Assembly (NCBI GenBank): GCA_023248155.1
Contig: JAHFFE010000001.1
Location: forward strand, 212,873-276,872
Direction: 5' to 3'
Source of the DNA: Candidatus Omnitrophota bacterium
Lineage (GTDB): Bacteria > Omnitrophota > Gorgyraeia > 1-14-0-20-64-10
DNA: 64,000 nt
Position numbers and translations under genes: made by a program. This document shows, piece after piece, positions 9,694-19,821 of this stretch. Below the pieces are notes generated by a model. It was not told the origin of the DNA, made no database searches, and worked only from the letters and a program-made list of their open reading frames with translations. How positions within the stretch are numbered: the stretch's first letter is position 1; every line of letters starts with the position of its first letter.

Positions 9694-11482
9694 ACCGGCG
9701 GCTCCTTCCGCCGAACCCAGCTCCGCCAAGGTTCAGCCGGTCTCGCTGAAAGGGATCCCGGCTTCACCCGGCATTGCGATCGGCCACGCGTTTATTATGG
9801 ACGGACAGCAATCTCCCATTGCCAAAGAATTTATTTCTCCCGAAGAAATTTCTCTGCAGATTAACCGTTTTGAAGAAGGACTTTCGCGGACCCGTCAGGA
9901 AATCGTCGGTGTTCAGAAAAAAATCGAACAGGAATTGGGCGGTGACCAGGCCGAAATTTTCAACGCGCACCTGATGGTGTTGGAAGACCGCACGTTTATT
10001 GAAGAGGTGATTGAACGGATCAAAAATGAGCACCTCTGCTGTGAGTATGTCGTTTCCAGTGTATTGAGAAAATACATCGAGGCGTTCAGCCATATTGAAG
10101 ACGAATACATGCGCGAACGAACCGCCGATGTCGAGGATGTCGGCAACCGCATTTTGCGCCATTTGACCGGCGCGCGGCGCCAGTCTCCGGCGGAACTTCA
10201 AAAGCCGGTGATTGTGGTGTCATTCGATCTTTCGCCTTCGGACACGGCCGCGATGGATCGCGATCATGTGCTGGGGTTTGTCACGACGATCGGCGGGCCG
10301 ACTTCGCATACGGCGATCATGGCAAAATCGCTCGAAATTCCGGCTGTTGTCGGCGTGGACACCGCCACCGACCGGATCCGGTCCGATGATTTGCTGATCG
10401 TCGACGGTACCAGCGGCCGGATCATTATTAATCCGGAACCGAGCACGCTGGACCATTACCGCGAACTGCGCGAGAAACTGCGCACGCTTGATGAAACGCT
10501 GCTGCGCTCGCGCCATCTGCCGGCCGAAACACCCGACGGCCAGCGCGTCCAGTTGTGCGCCAACATTGAACAGCCGGGCGAGGTGGCCTCGGTGATGGCG
10601 CACGGCGCCGACGGCATCGGCCTTTACCGCACCGAATTTTTTTATCTCAACCGCAAAGATCTTCCGACGGAAGACGAGCAGTACGAAGCGTACAAGCAGG
10701 TAGCCGGCGCGATGGCGCCGCACCCGGTGACGATCCGCTCGATCGACATGGGCGGCGACAAGTTTATGTCGGCGCTGCGGATTCCACGCGAGATGAATCC
10801 GTTTATGGGCCAGCGCGCGATCCGGTTCTGTCTGGCGCGGCCGGATCTGTTCAAGGTGCAGCTGCGCGCGATTCTGCGCGCGTCGGCGCACGGTAAAATC
10901 AAACTGATGTACCCGATGATTTCCGGCCTGGAGGAAGTGCGCGCCGCCAACGCTATTTTAGAAGAAGCGCGGAAAGAACTTTCCGCCGAAAATAAACTGT
11001 TCGATGAACAGATGGAAGTCGGCGCGATGATCGAAGTCCCTTCGGCCGCGATGATCCTGGACCTGCTGGCCAAGGAAGTAAAATTTTTCTCAATCGGAAC
11101 GAACGACTTGATCCAGTACTCGCTGGCCGTTGACCGCGTGAATGAAAAAATCGCCTATTTGTACGAGCCGGCGCATCCGGCCGTGCTTCGGCTGATCCGG
11201 CAGATTATCCAGGTGGCGCATGAGAATAATGTCTGGGTCGGTATGTGCGGCGAGATGGCCGGCGAACCGGCATTCGCGCTGCTGCTGCTGGGCATGGGCC
11301 TCGACGGGTTTTCAACCAGCCCCGTGAATATCCCGCGCGTTAAGCAGGTGATCCGCTCGGTGCCGACATTCCGCGCGAAGGAAGTGGTGAAAGAAGTTTT
11401 CCGGTTAACCACGGGGAAGGAAATCGAAGCGTATGTCCGGACCCGATTATGCGAGTTTGTCCCCGACCAATGCGAACTATAG
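9668..11482 (+). CDS. ptsI: Phosphoenolpyruvate-protein phosphotransferase (PTS Enzyme I)
   Basis: SLKGIPASPGIAIGHAFIM..., phosphohistidine domain (TSHTAIMAKSLEIPAVVG) and PEP-utilising TIM barrel (GIGLYRTEFFYL...NDLIQY). The start is uncertain: there is no start codon between the HPr stop and the conserved N-terminus, so ATG 9668 (or 9566/9587) inside the HPr 3' region is used. Confidence 0.85.
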   Translation: MARPRRQSKPAAPSAEPSSAKVQPVSLKGIPASPGIAIGHAFIMDGQQSPIAKEFISPEEISLQINRFEEGLSRTRQEIVGVQKKIEQELGGDQAEIFNAHLMVLEDRTFIEEVIERIKNEHLCCEYVVSSVLRKYIEAFSHIEDEYMRERTADVEDVGNRILRHLTGARRQSPAELQKPVIVVSFDLSPSDTAAMDRDHVLGFVTTIGGPTSHTAIMAKSLEIPAVVGVDTATDRIRSDDLLIVDGTSGRIIINPEPSTLDHYRELREKLRTLDETLLRSRHLPAETPDGQRVQLCANIEQPGEVASVMAHGADGIGLYRTEFFYLNRKDLPTEDEQYEAYKQVAGAMAPHPVTIRSIDMGGDKFMSALRIPREMNPFMGQRAIRFCLARPDLFKVQLRAILRASAHGKIKLMYPMISGLEEVRAANAILEEARKELSAENKLFDEQMEVGAMIEVPSAAMILDLLAKEVKFFSIGTNDLIQYSLAVDRVNEKIAYLYEPAHPAVLRLIRQIIQVAHENNVWVGMCGEMAGEPAFALLLLGMGLDGFSTSPVNIPRVKQVIRSVPTFRAKEVVKEVFRLTTGKEIEAYVRTRLCEFVPDQCEL

Positions 11483-12540
11483 ACGATTTAAAACAAATTA
11501 AAAAAATTGACCGCTCCGGCATGCTGGTCCGCGCCGCGGCGCTGCCCGCGCAATGTCTGGAGGGATGGTCCATCGGCCTGCGCTGGAAAGTTCCGGCGGC
11601 TTACGCGAAAACGAAACAACTGCTCGTGCTGGGCATGGGCGGTTCGGCGATCGGTGCCGATCTGGTTCAGGGTATTTTGGGCGATGATTTGCCGAAACCA
11701 ACCGTGGTATCGCGCGGGTACACGATTCCGAAATGGGTCGGGCCGGAGACGCTGGTGCTGGTGGCCAGTTATTCGGGCAACACCGAAGAGACGCTTTCTT
11801 CCGCCATGGCCGCTTCCAAAAAAGGCGGCAAAATTATCGCGATTACCTCGGGCGGAAAACTGGCCGATTGGTGCCGCAGCAAGCGGTATCCGCTGACATT
11901 GATTCCGCAGGGGCTTCCGCCGCGCAGCGCGGTCGGCTACATGACCTTTATTCCGCTGGGACTTATGGTGCGGCTTGGCTGGGTTTCCCGCGCATCGGTT
12001 CCGGTTGAAAAAGCTTGCCGTGAAGCGGAACGATTCGTAAAAAATTCGCTGGGTCCCAAGAGCAAGACTGTTCGCAACCCGGCCAAGCAGATTGCGCTGC
12101 GCCTGCATGGAAAAATTCCGGAATTGTATGGCGCCGCCGGCGGATGGGAAGGGATCGTTTACCGCTGGCGCACACAGATCGAAGAAAACGCCAAAGCACT
12201 GGCATTCCACCACATGATTCCCGAAGCGACGCACAATGAAGTGTCTGCCTGGATGAATCCGAAACCGTTGATGCCGAAAATGGCCGCCGTTTTTCTGACG
12301 GATCGCGACCTGCATCCGCGCACGCGCCGCCGCATGCAGTTTACAGCCGGCGTTGTGAAAAAAGAAAAAGCCGCTGCATTATTCGTGGAAGCACCCGGCT
12401 CTTCTCGGCTGGCGCGCATGATCGGGCTGATTGCTATCGGCGATTTTGTCAGCAGTTATCTGGGTATTTTGTACGGCATTGATCCTACGCCCGTCGAACG
12501 GATCGAAGGCCTCAAAAAGTTCATGATAAAGGGCGGGTAG
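11470..12540 (+). CDS. Bifunctional phosphoglucose/phosphomannose isomerase (SIS-domain PGI/PMI family)
   Basis: SIS motifs LLVLGMGGSAIGADLV and LVLVASYSGNTEET; length and layout match the archaeal-type pgi/pmi family. Confidence 0.7.
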   Translation: MRTIDDLKQIKKIDRSGMLVRAAALPAQCLEGWSIGLRWKVPAAYAKTKQLLVLGMGGSAIGADLVQGILGDDLPKPTVVSRGYTIPKWVGPETLVLVASYSGNTEETLSSAMAASKKGGKIIAITSGGKLADWCRSKRYPLTLIPQGLPPRSAVGYMTFIPLGLMVRLGWVSRASVPVEKACREAERFVKNSLGPKSKTVRNPAKQIALRLHGKIPELYGAAGGWEGIVYRWRTQIEENAKALAFHHMIPEATHNEVSAWMNPKPLMPKMAAVFLTDRDLHPRTRRRMQFTAGVVKKEKAAALFVEAPGSSRLARMIGLIAIGDFVSSYLGILYGIDPTPVERIEGLKKFMIKGG

Positions 12541-12541
12541 A

Positions 12542-13282
12542 ATGCAGACTGTCGTTCTGGCGGCCGGTTACGGCACGCGCCTTTATCCGCTGACGCAAAA
12601 TACGCCGAAGGCGCTTTTGCCCATGGGGTCCTCAACGATCCTGGGTCAGTTGGCCGTGAAACTGGAAAAGCCGGGCACCGGCATTCAAGAGATTTCCCTG
12701 GTTTCCAATCATAAATTCGCCGAACCGTTCCGCAAGTGGGCCGCCGGTCAGAAGGGGAAACTTTCCTGGACGGTTCTGGATGATAAATCCAGTTCCGAAG
12801 CCGACCGGCTCGGATCGATCGGCGATCTGGTCTTCGCGATCCGCGAACAAAAAATCGACGACGACCTGCTGGTATTCGGAAGCGACAACCTGTTTGAAAC
12901 GGAGTTCGCCGATTTTGTGAAATTCGCGAAAGAAAAAAATCAGGTGACACTGGCCGCGTATGAATTGCCCGATAAATCGTCGGCGTCGCACTACGGTGTT
13001 TTGACGGTGGATTCCGATTGGCGGATTACCGAATTTGCCGAAAAACCGGCCCAGCCGTATTCGGCATTGATCTCCACAGCGGTCTATTTTTTCCCGCGCC
13101 GGACGGTTTCGCGGGTGGTAGAATATTTGTCTTCGCAAAAAACGGCCGACACGCTGGGGGCATTTATCGCCTGGATGATCGCGCGTGAGCCGGTCTATGC
13201 GTATCCGCTCAAAGGGACCTGGTTTGACATCGGCGATTTGGAGTCCTACCGGAGCGCACAAAAAATCTTTGGAGGGGTTTAA
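12542..13282 (+). CDS. Sugar-phosphate nucleotidyltransferase (NTP_transferase fold; mannose-1-P guanylyl/glucose-1-P thymidylyl-transferase-like)
   Basis: N-terminal [29 protein letters not shown] signature of nucleotidyltransferases. Confidence 0.75.
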   Translation: MQTVVLAAGYGTRLYPLTQNTPKALLPMGSSTILGQLAVKLEKPGTGIQEISLVSNHKFAEPFRKWAAGQKGKLSWTVLDDKSSSEADRLGSIGDLVFAIREQKIDDDLLVFGSDNLFETEFADFVKFAKEKNQVTLAAYELPDKSSASHYGVLTVDSDWRITEFAEKPAQPYSALISTAVYFFPRRTVSRVVEYLSSQKTADTLGAFIAWMIAREPVYAYPLKGTWFDIGDLESYRSAQKIFGGV

Positions 13283-13287
13283 ATTCG

Positions 13288-14448
13288 ATGAGTACCAAGG
13301 AACATTTTGTTTTTACATCAGAGTCGGTCACCGAGGGGCATCCCGATAAACTGTGCGACCAGGTTTCAGATGCCGTCTTAGACGCCATTTATGAAGAAGA
13401 TCCGCAGGGCCGCGTTGCCTGCGAAACGTTCGTCACCACCGGCCTGGTGCTGGTGGCCGGCGAAATTACGACCAGCTGTTATGTCGATGTTCCGAAGATT
13501 GTCCGCGAAGTGGTCCATGACATCGGTTACAACGATATGGAAGGCGGATTCAACTACAAGACCTGCGGCGTGCTGGAAGCGATTCAGGCGCAGTCGCCCG
13601 ACATTTCAATGGGCGTGGATACCGGCGGCGCCGGTGATCAGGGCATGATGTTCGGCTATGCCAGCAACGAAACTCCCGAATTAATGCCAATGCCGATTCA
13701 TTTGGCGCATCGTTTGGTCCGCCGGCTATCGGAAGTTCGAAAGAACAAAACACTTCCTTATTTGAAGCCGGATGGAAAATCACAGGTTTCAGTCGAATAT
13801 GTGAACGGGAAACCGACGCGCATTACCGGTGTGGTGGTCAGCGCGCATCACAGCTCGCGCGTTTCAACTCCGAAACTGCGCAAAGATATCCGCGAGATTG
13901 TGATCGATCCGATCCTTCCGAAAGAATTCGTGAACCGCCAGACGCAGTATTTCATCAACGCGACGGGCCGGTTTGAAGTTGGCGGTCCGATGGCCGATAC
14001 CGGTCTGACGGGGCGCAAAATCATCGTCGACACCTATGGCGGGTTCGGCCGGCACGGCGGCGGCGCGTTCAGCGGCAAGGATCCCACGAAAGTGGACCGT
14101 TCCGCCAGCTACATGGCCCGGTATGTCGCCAAGAATATTGTGGCCGCCAAACTTGCCGAGCGCTGCGAAATCCAGATTGCGTACTGCATCGGCGTGCGCG
14201 AGCCGGTCTCGGTAATGGTCAATACGTTCGGCACCGGCAAAGTGCCCGAACCGGAATTAGAGCGCATTGTGCGCAAAGTGTTCGACTTAACTCCTCCCGG
14301 AATTATCCGCGACCTGAAACTGCGCCGGCCGATCTACCGCAAGACGGCCGCCTACGGCCATTTCGGCCGCAACGAGTCCGGTTTTACCTGGGAAGAAGTG
14401 GACAAGGTCGAAGCCCTTAAAAAATCCGCCGGAAAATTCGGCCGATAA
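13288..14448 (+). CDS. metK: S-adenosylmethionine synthetase
   Basis: [55 protein letters not shown] - all MetK hallmarks. Confidence 0.95.
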   Translation: MSTKEHFVFTSESVTEGHPDKLCDQVSDAVLDAIYEEDPQGRVACETFVTTGLVLVAGEITTSCYVDVPKIVREVVHDIGYNDMEGGFNYKTCGVLEAIQAQSPDISMGVDTGGAGDQGMMFGYASNETPELMPMPIHLAHRLVRRLSEVRKNKTLPYLKPDGKSQVSVEYVNGKPTRITGVVVSAHHSSRVSTPKLRKDIREIVIDPILPKEFVNRQTQYFINATGRFEVGGPMADTGLTGRKIIVDTYGGFGRHGGGAFSGKDPTKVDRSASYMARYVAKNIVAAKLAERCEIQIAYCIGVREPVSVMVNTFGTGKVPEPELERIVRKVFDLTPPGIIRDLKLRRPIYRKTAAYGHFGRNESGFTWEEVDKVEALKKSAGKFGR

Positions 14449-14468
14449 TTACAGAAAGTAAGAAAATC

Positions 14469-15722
14469 ATGGCATCCGATATCACCAGCATTAAATTAGC
14501 GAAAGTAGGGCAGGCGCGCGTTGATTGGGCCGGACGGTTTATGCCGGTTCTGGCCAGCATCCGCAAACGGTTTGAGAAAGAAAAACCGCTCAAGGGCCTT
14601 CGCTTAAGCGCTTGTTTGCATGTCACCACCGAGACCGCCCAGCTGATGCACACGCTGCGCGCCGGCGGCGCCGATGTTTCATTGTGCGCTTCCAACCCGC
14701 TTTCTACTCAGGATGACACGGCTGCCGCTCTGGTGGCCAGTGGATTCAAGGTCTATGCGCGCCGGGGCGAAGATCGCAAAACCTATTACAAGCATATCCT
14801 GGCCTGCCTCGACAGCAAACCGCATGTCACGATGGACGACGGTGCCGACCTGGTTTCCGTGATCCATCAGAAATATCAGAAAATGGTCAGCACGATGGTC
14901 GGATCGACCGAAGAAACAACGACCGGCGTGATTCGTTTGAAGGCGCTGGCGGCGGAGAAACGGCTGTTATTTCCGGTCGTGGCCGTTAATGATTCGCAGA
15001 CCAAATTCATGTTTGATAACCGCTATGGCACCGGCCAGTCAACGCTCGACGGTGTGATTCGCGCGACCAATATATTGCTCGCCGGATCGGTGATCGTGGT
15101 GTGCGGATACGGCTGGTGCGGCCGCGGTGTGGCGTCGCGCGCGCGCGGGATGGGCGCGCATGTGATCGTCACGGAAGTGGACCAGGTTCGCGCGTTGGAA
15201 GCGATCATGGACGGCTATCAGGTGATGACGCTGGCCAAGGCGGCCCCGCTGGCAGACCTGTTCATCACGGTCACTGGCGACATCCACGTGATCCACAAGG
15301 CGATCTTCCAGAAAATGAAGGACGGTGCCGTCGTTTGCAACAGCGGCCACTTCAATGTGGAGATCGACCTGGAAGCGCTCAAGAAAATGAGCCAGTCGGT
15401 GCGCGAGGTCAAGCCGCAGATCAATGAATACACGCTGCGCAGCGGCAAGAAAGTTTTGATCCTCAGCGAAGGGCGTCTCGTGAACCTTTCCTGCGCGGAA
15501 GGACACCCGGCGCAGGTGATGGACATGAGCTTCGCGAACCAGGCGCTGTCGGCCGAGTGGCTCGTGAAAAACAAAAAGAAGTTGAAGGCCCAGGTCTACC
15601 GGCTGCCCGAGCAGATCGACCAGGAAATTGCCCGGCTGAAATTATCGAGCCGCGGCATTGTAACCGACCGGTTGACGCCGGAACAGAAGAAGTATTTGGC
15701 CAGCTGGGAGTCCGGTACCTAG
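14469..15722 (+). CDS. ahcY: Adenosylhomocysteinase
   Basis: HVTTETAQLMHTLRAGGADV, NAD-binding GYGWCGRGVA, CNSGHFNVEID; full-length 417 aa. Confidence 0.93.
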   Translation: MASDITSIKLAKVGQARVDWAGRFMPVLASIRKRFEKEKPLKGLRLSACLHVTTETAQLMHTLRAGGADVSLCASNPLSTQDDTAAALVASGFKVYARRGEDRKTYYKHILACLDSKPHVTMDDGADLVSVIHQKYQKMVSTMVGSTEETTTGVIRLKALAAEKRLLFPVVAVNDSQTKFMFDNRYGTGQSTLDGVIRATNILLAGSVIVVCGYGWCGRGVASRARGMGAHVIVTEVDQVRALEAIMDGYQVMTLAKAAPLADLFITVTGDIHVIHKAIFQKMKDGAVVCNSGHFNVEIDLEALKKMSQSVREVKPQINEYTLRSGKKVLILSEGRLVNLSCAEGHPAQVMDMSFANQALSAEWLVKNKKKLKAQVYRLPEQIDQEIARLKLSSRGIVTDRLTPEQKKYLASWESGT

Positions 15723-15729
15723 TTTTAGT

Positions 15730-16203
15730 ATGCTGCAATCTTTTCGGCCGTTCGTCGACAGACGGGCGGCCGTTTTGATTTTAGGGACCATGCCGGGGCC
15801 AGAAGCGCTGCGCCGCCAAGAATATTATGGATTTCCCGGGAACCATTTCTGGAAGATTATGGCCGATTTTTACAATGCCGGCAAGCCGCTCGAATCCTAC
15901 GCGGAAAAACTGCGGCTGCTTAAAAAGAATCGGATCGCGTTATGGGACACGATCGGTTCATGCCTGAGGGAAGGGGCCAGTGACTCGGCGATTTGCGATG
16001 CGAAACCGAATGACATTACCGGATTAGTGCGGCGCTACCCGAATATCCGGATGATTATTTTGAATGGGAAGACGGCCGAGAAGTTTTTTTTGAAATACCA
16101 CGCTGATAAAATTAAAATTCCGCACCAAACGTTGCCGTCCACTAGTCCCGCGCACGCTGCGATGCCGTACGCCGAAAAATTAAAACGCTGGTCCACCCTC
16201 TAA
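15730..16203 (+). CDS. Uracil-DNA glycosylase superfamily protein (family-6 hypoxanthine/deoxyinosine DNA glycosylase-like)
   Basis: AVLILGTMPGPEALRRQEYYGFPGNHFW ... LPSTSPAHA motifs of the small UDG-fold glycosylases. Confidence 0.7.
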   Translation: MLQSFRPFVDRRAAVLILGTMPGPEALRRQEYYGFPGNHFWKIMADFYNAGKPLESYAEKLRLLKKNRIALWDTIGSCLREGASDSAICDAKPNDITGLVRRYPNIRMIILNGKTAEKFFLKYHADKIKIPHQTLPSTSPAHAAMPYAEKLKRWSTL

Positions 16204-16215
16204 GCCGGTAAGAAC

Positions 16216-17595
16216 CTAAGCCACAACTCTGATGGCGACAAAACTAATCTCAGTGGTGGTGCTATCGAAATCATTGGTGACCACGCCATTGGGGTAAGGC
16301 CACAGGTCGCAATCGCTACCCCCGACCACGGACCAGGCTCCCACGAGATGCCAGCCCTCGTCGGCGTTACATTCAATACCATCGAGCGTATTACCGAAAC
16401 CGTTAAAAACTGAACCGGCAGGAGCAGCTACATTGTTCAGCGGAAGGAAGGGAGTAGTGCCCGCCGGAGCGGAAATAATACGAATCGGCCGAGTGCCGCC
16501 GCTGCTTCTAAACCCCTGCGCGAATTCGATCCGCGGCCCTCCTGCCAGTGCAACATAAGCGCCGCCGCTTTGAGACACCATAATCTGGTCCGTTGTGGAA
16601 TTGTAGTAAAGCCGGCCTGTATTGTTAACGCTGACCGAGGGATCAGCCGCCAAGCCGGGCAGTTGGATAGCCCCATCTTGAGTAAGCCGCATTCGTTCCG
16701 TGGAGGCGTTGGCGCCGGCTGCTGTTGTTGAAAAGATCAGCATGGCGGGCGTGGAAGCGGCCGTCCAATTCGCCGTTGCCTGCGCGCTGATTTGCGCTCC
16801 CGGGGCGAACCCCGCGCCGGTAAATCCAAAGAAGCCCACTTCCCCAAGAAGATCGTTGTTCAACACCGGTTGGCGGAACGCGCCTCCGGGAAAGTTTCCA
16901 CGCTCCCGCATCAGCGATAACCGGGCTCCCTGGTTGGCCGTGTCTGATTCCGCGTGAATCGACAAATTCGTCGTTTGCCCGAACGGACCCACGGCCACCA
17001 ATTGCGCCGCAGGTTCCAGAGGAAACGCCGTTCCAATGCTCAGATTGCCGCCGGTAATCGCTAAACTATCGTTGCCGGTCATTTGGATCCGCATATCGAA
17101 GTCGGTCGGCGCGTCGTTGGCAAAATCAATGTAGGGATTCCCGCCAAATGTCTCCGAACGAAGTTCAATCGCGGTGTTCTGATCGGAAGGGCCCCGAATC
17201 TGAACATAGTTCGCCGATCCAGCCGCCTGCCTGACAAACAAGTCTCCGGCTATATCCAGGCTTATCGTCCCTCCCGCACCCGGCAGAAATAGAGCCTGCG
17301 ATGCTTGGCCGGCGACACCCTGCACTTGCAGCAGCGTCAGGGGGTTTGTTGGCGCGTTATTCCCAAACCCGGGACCAATCCCCAAACTCGTCTGGATCAA
17401 TGCCTGGCCGTTGGCCAGCGTCGTGTTCAGATAAGCGTTGCCGACCGTCAAACTGGTAACATGTTCGTTGCCGCCAGACGTCGGGTAATAAGTGACGATC
17501 TCCGTAGTTTCCGCCCAGGCGTATCCAACAAAAGTTCCGATGAAGAAGAGAAAAAGAAGAACGCTTTTATTTTTCCAGAGAGGTTTAATTTTCAC
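16216..17595 (-). CDS. Secreted fibre-like protein, paralog family member (type-A N-terminal module)
   Basis: A GTG start at 17595 (SD AGGAG 8 nt upstream) gives VKIKPLWKNKSVLLFLFFIGTFVGYAWA|ETTEIVTYYPTSGGNEHVTSLTVGNAYLNTTLANGQALIQTSLGIGPGF..., the shared family N-terminus; also carries the DLFVRQAAGS...NPYIDFANDAPTDFDMRIQ module shared with 32375 and 39817. Confidence 0.85.
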   Translation of the reverse strand: MKIKPLWKNKSVLLFLFFIGTFVGYAWAETTEIVTYYPTSGGNEHVTSLTVGNAYLNTTLANGQALIQTSLGIGPGFGNNAPTNPLTLLQVQGVAGQASQALFLPGAGGTISLDIAGDLFVRQAAGSANYVQIRGPSDQNTAIELRSETFGGNPYIDFANDAPTDFDMRIQMTGNDSLAITGGNLSIGTAFPLEPAAQLVAVGPFGQTTNLSIHAESDTANQGARLSLMRERGNFPGGAFRQPVLNNDLLGEVGFFGFTGAGFAPGAQISAQATANWTAASTPAMLIFSTTAAGANASTERMRLTQDGAIQLPGLAADPSVSVNNTGRLYYNSTTDQIMVSQSGGAYVALAGGPRIEFAQGFRSSGGTRPIRIISAPAGTTPFLPLNNVAAPAGSVFNGFGNTLDGIECNADEGWHLVGAWSVVGGSDCDLWPYPNGVVTNDFDSTTTEISFVAIRVVA

Positions 17596-17620
17596 GGGAT
17601 ATCTCCTATCGTAACAGTTT

Positions 17621-18730
17621 TCAGGCGAGTTTTTTCCAGGTTTCGCGCAGGCCGAACCAGGCAAATCCAATCGGCGCGACCCAGGCCGCCATCAACGGCG
17701 GAAGCCAGCCCCCTTTTCCGAGCGCTACGCACAGCGCGTTAGCGCCGTAAAAAATAAGGCCTACGCCTATTCCAAAACTTAGTCCCAACGCGGCGCCTCC
17801 GCGGACCGGCTGAATAGCGAACGGAACGCCCAGGATCGTCAAAACCAGACAGACTATTGCGGCAGCCGGTTTTCCATAGAGATCCACGCGCAGTTTGCGC
17901 AGCGTCGCGTTGCCGGCCCCCTGCAGGCGGCGGATGTAACGGTTTAAGTCGCGCATATTTAAGAGCGACGACTGGTTTTCGGCCCGTTCCAGATACTCCG
18001 GCTTGTCGCCGACGCGGATGATTTTTACGGTAAATGGCGCGGCTCGGCCGACGGCCTGACCATCCGCGTCAAAATGCAAAATCGTGCCGTTGTAAAACCG
18101 CCAGTAGGCGTCGGCAGTCCAAACGCCGCTTTCAGCCGTGATTTTTCGCAGCAGGTGAAGATCGGATCCATGCTGCAGCACGATCACGCCCTCCAACCGT
18201 TTTTCTACGGGATCGAATGTTTTCGCGTACATCAGAGAATGTCCCAGGCCGAACGCGGTCAGGTTCTCCACCACATGCGGAGAACGATACTTCGCTTTTT
18301 TAACGAGCGAAATTCGTTCCAGCTTGACCTGGCGGATTTGATGGGTCACCACATTGGCCTGCGGAACCACCCACTCATTCATCGAGAAAACACCGATCGA
18401 AACTAAAATAGCCACCCAGATAAATGGCCGCGTGATGCTCCAGGGACGGATTCCGGCCGCGCGCATCGCCATGATTTCTAGGTATTTGTTGAGCGTGCTC
18501 AACGTATAAAGCGTGGCCATCAGGCAGGCGAACGGCGCGACCTGCACGAAAATCATCGGAAGCATCAGCAGATAATATTTCGTGACGATCGAAAACGCGA
18601 CATGGTTGTACAAAATATCATCCAAATGCTCCAGAAGATCCAGCACCAGATACAACCCTGAAAAAATCGACAGACACCAGATCAGCGGAGCCAGGTAAGC
18701 GCGCAGCAGATAACGGTCAAGGATTCGCAT
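17621..18730 (-). CDS. lptG: LPS export ABC transporter permease, LptF/LptG (YjgP/YjgQ) family
   Basis: MRILDRYLLRAYLAPLIWCLSIFSGLYLVLDLLEHL... typical YjgP/YjgQ N-terminus; six TM segments; internal Met chosen so it does not overlap the upstream paralog. Confidence 0.8.
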   Translation of the reverse strand: MRILDRYLLRAYLAPLIWCLSIFSGLYLVLDLLEHLDDILYNHVAFSIVTKYYLLMLPMIFVQVAPFACLMATLYTLSTLNKYLEIMAMRAAGIRPWSITRPFIWVAILVSIGVFSMNEWVVPQANVVTHQIRQVKLERISLVKKAKYRSPHVVENLTAFGLGHSLMYAKTFDPVEKRLEGVIVLQHGSDLHLLRKITAESGVWTADAYWRFYNGTILHFDADGQAVGRAAPFTVKIIRVGDKPEYLERAENQSSLLNMRDLNRYIRRLQGAGNATLRKLRVDLYGKPAAAIVCLVLTILGVPFAIQPVRGGAALGLSFGIGVGLIFYGANALCVALGKGGWLPPLMAAWVAPIGFAWFGLRETWKKLA

Positions 18731-18732
18731 GG

Positions 18733-19821
18733 TTATCTCCGGCAGAGTTTCCAGAACAACAGCAAGCCCAGCGCGAAGAAGACGCCGTTCCCCAGCCACA
18801 TCGCGAAAATAGCCGATGAAAGTCCTTTTTCCGATAACGCCTGCCCGATCGCCAGAAACAGGTAATACCCCAGGAAAATCACAACGCTCATTCCAAACCC
18901 GACCGTTTTTTGCGCCCGCTGCGTCGTGATGGCCAGCGGAAATGCCATCAGCGCGAACACCAGCGGTGAAAACGCCATCGCGATCCGACGGTGCATCTCG
19001 ACATAGAGCGGCGACGCATTGATTTTTTTCTGTTCCAGTTCCCGGATTGTTTGTTTTAGCTGGTTCAGGCCCATGTCTTTGGGTTTCATCGAGATTGAGC
19101 GCGGATCTTTATCGCCCACGCCCATGTTGAGCGTGTAGGTTTCAAACTTGAGTTTATAGAATTTCGAGGCGTCTTTCGGATCGGGTTCGTCGGCGGTGCC
19201 GTTGCGCAGTTTCAGCAACACTCTCCGTTGTTCGGGCAGCGGGATAAATTCACCCGATTCCGCGACGATGGTGCGCGTTGGTTTCCGGTTGTCGGTTTCG
19301 TAAATCCGTATTTTTTGCATCTGGTTTCCATCGACGTGGTAGACGAACAGGATGTACGGATGAAATTCCTTGATGAATGTGCCTGACTCCAGGAACGCCG
19401 TCGGGTTCCGGATCGCGATGTCGATGCCGACGCGCCGCGCTTCAAAATGCGACCAAGGGACCAGCGTGGTGTTCATCGGAACCAGAACTGCGCTGGCCAG
19501 AAGTCCGGCGGCTAAAACGGGGAACGCGATAAACGGATAACTGACGCCGCAGGCGCGCATCGCGATGATTTCCCGGTCGCTGGACAATTTCCCAAACGCC
19601 AGCAGTGTTCCGGTCAACACCGCCATCGGCACGGTGTAACTCATCAAGCTGGGCAGCAGCAGTACAAACAGCTGCAAAATTGCCAAAGGGGAGACCCCCC
19701 GGTTCACGAACAGGTCTGCCAATTTGACCAAATTTCCGACTAACAGTACGAAGGTAAAAAGCACCAGCGTCATCAGCGTCGGCTGGACCCATTCCGTAAG
19801 CAGATGCCGCCGCAGAATCAC
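18733..19821 (-). CDS. lptF: LPS export ABC transporter permease, LptF/LptG (YjgP/YjgQ) family
   Basis: ILRRHLLTEWVQPTLMTLVLFTFVLLVGNLVKLADLFVNRGVS... YjgP/YjgQ signature; GTG start at 19821 overlaps the comF stop (GTGA). Confidence 0.8.
   Translation of the reverse strand: MILRRHLLTEWVQPTLMTLVLFTFVLLVGNLVKLADLFVNRGVSPLAILQLFVLLLPSLMSYTVPMAVLTGTLLAFGKLSSDREIIAMRACGVSYPFIAFPVLAAGLLASAVLVPMNTTLVPWSHFEARRVGIDIAIRNPTAFLESGTFIKEFHPYILFVYHVDGNQMQKIRIYETDNRKPTRTIVAESGEFIPLPEQRRVLLKLRNGTADEPDPKDASKFYKLKFETYTLNMGVGDKDPRSISMKPKDMGLNQLKQTIRELEQKKINASPLYVEMHRRIAMAFSPLVFALMAFPLAITTQRAQKTVGFGMSVVIFLGYYLFLAIGQALSEKGLSSAIFAMWLGNGVFFALGLLLFWKLCRR

Noticed and set aside
10220-12315. Long antisense ORFs (for example 10220..10891 -, 11488..12315 -) opposite ptsI and pgi/pmi
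   Set aside because: These are shadow ORFs typical of high-GC coding DNA. Their translations are Arg/Ala-rich and lack motifs, while the sense-strand genes have clear conserved domains.
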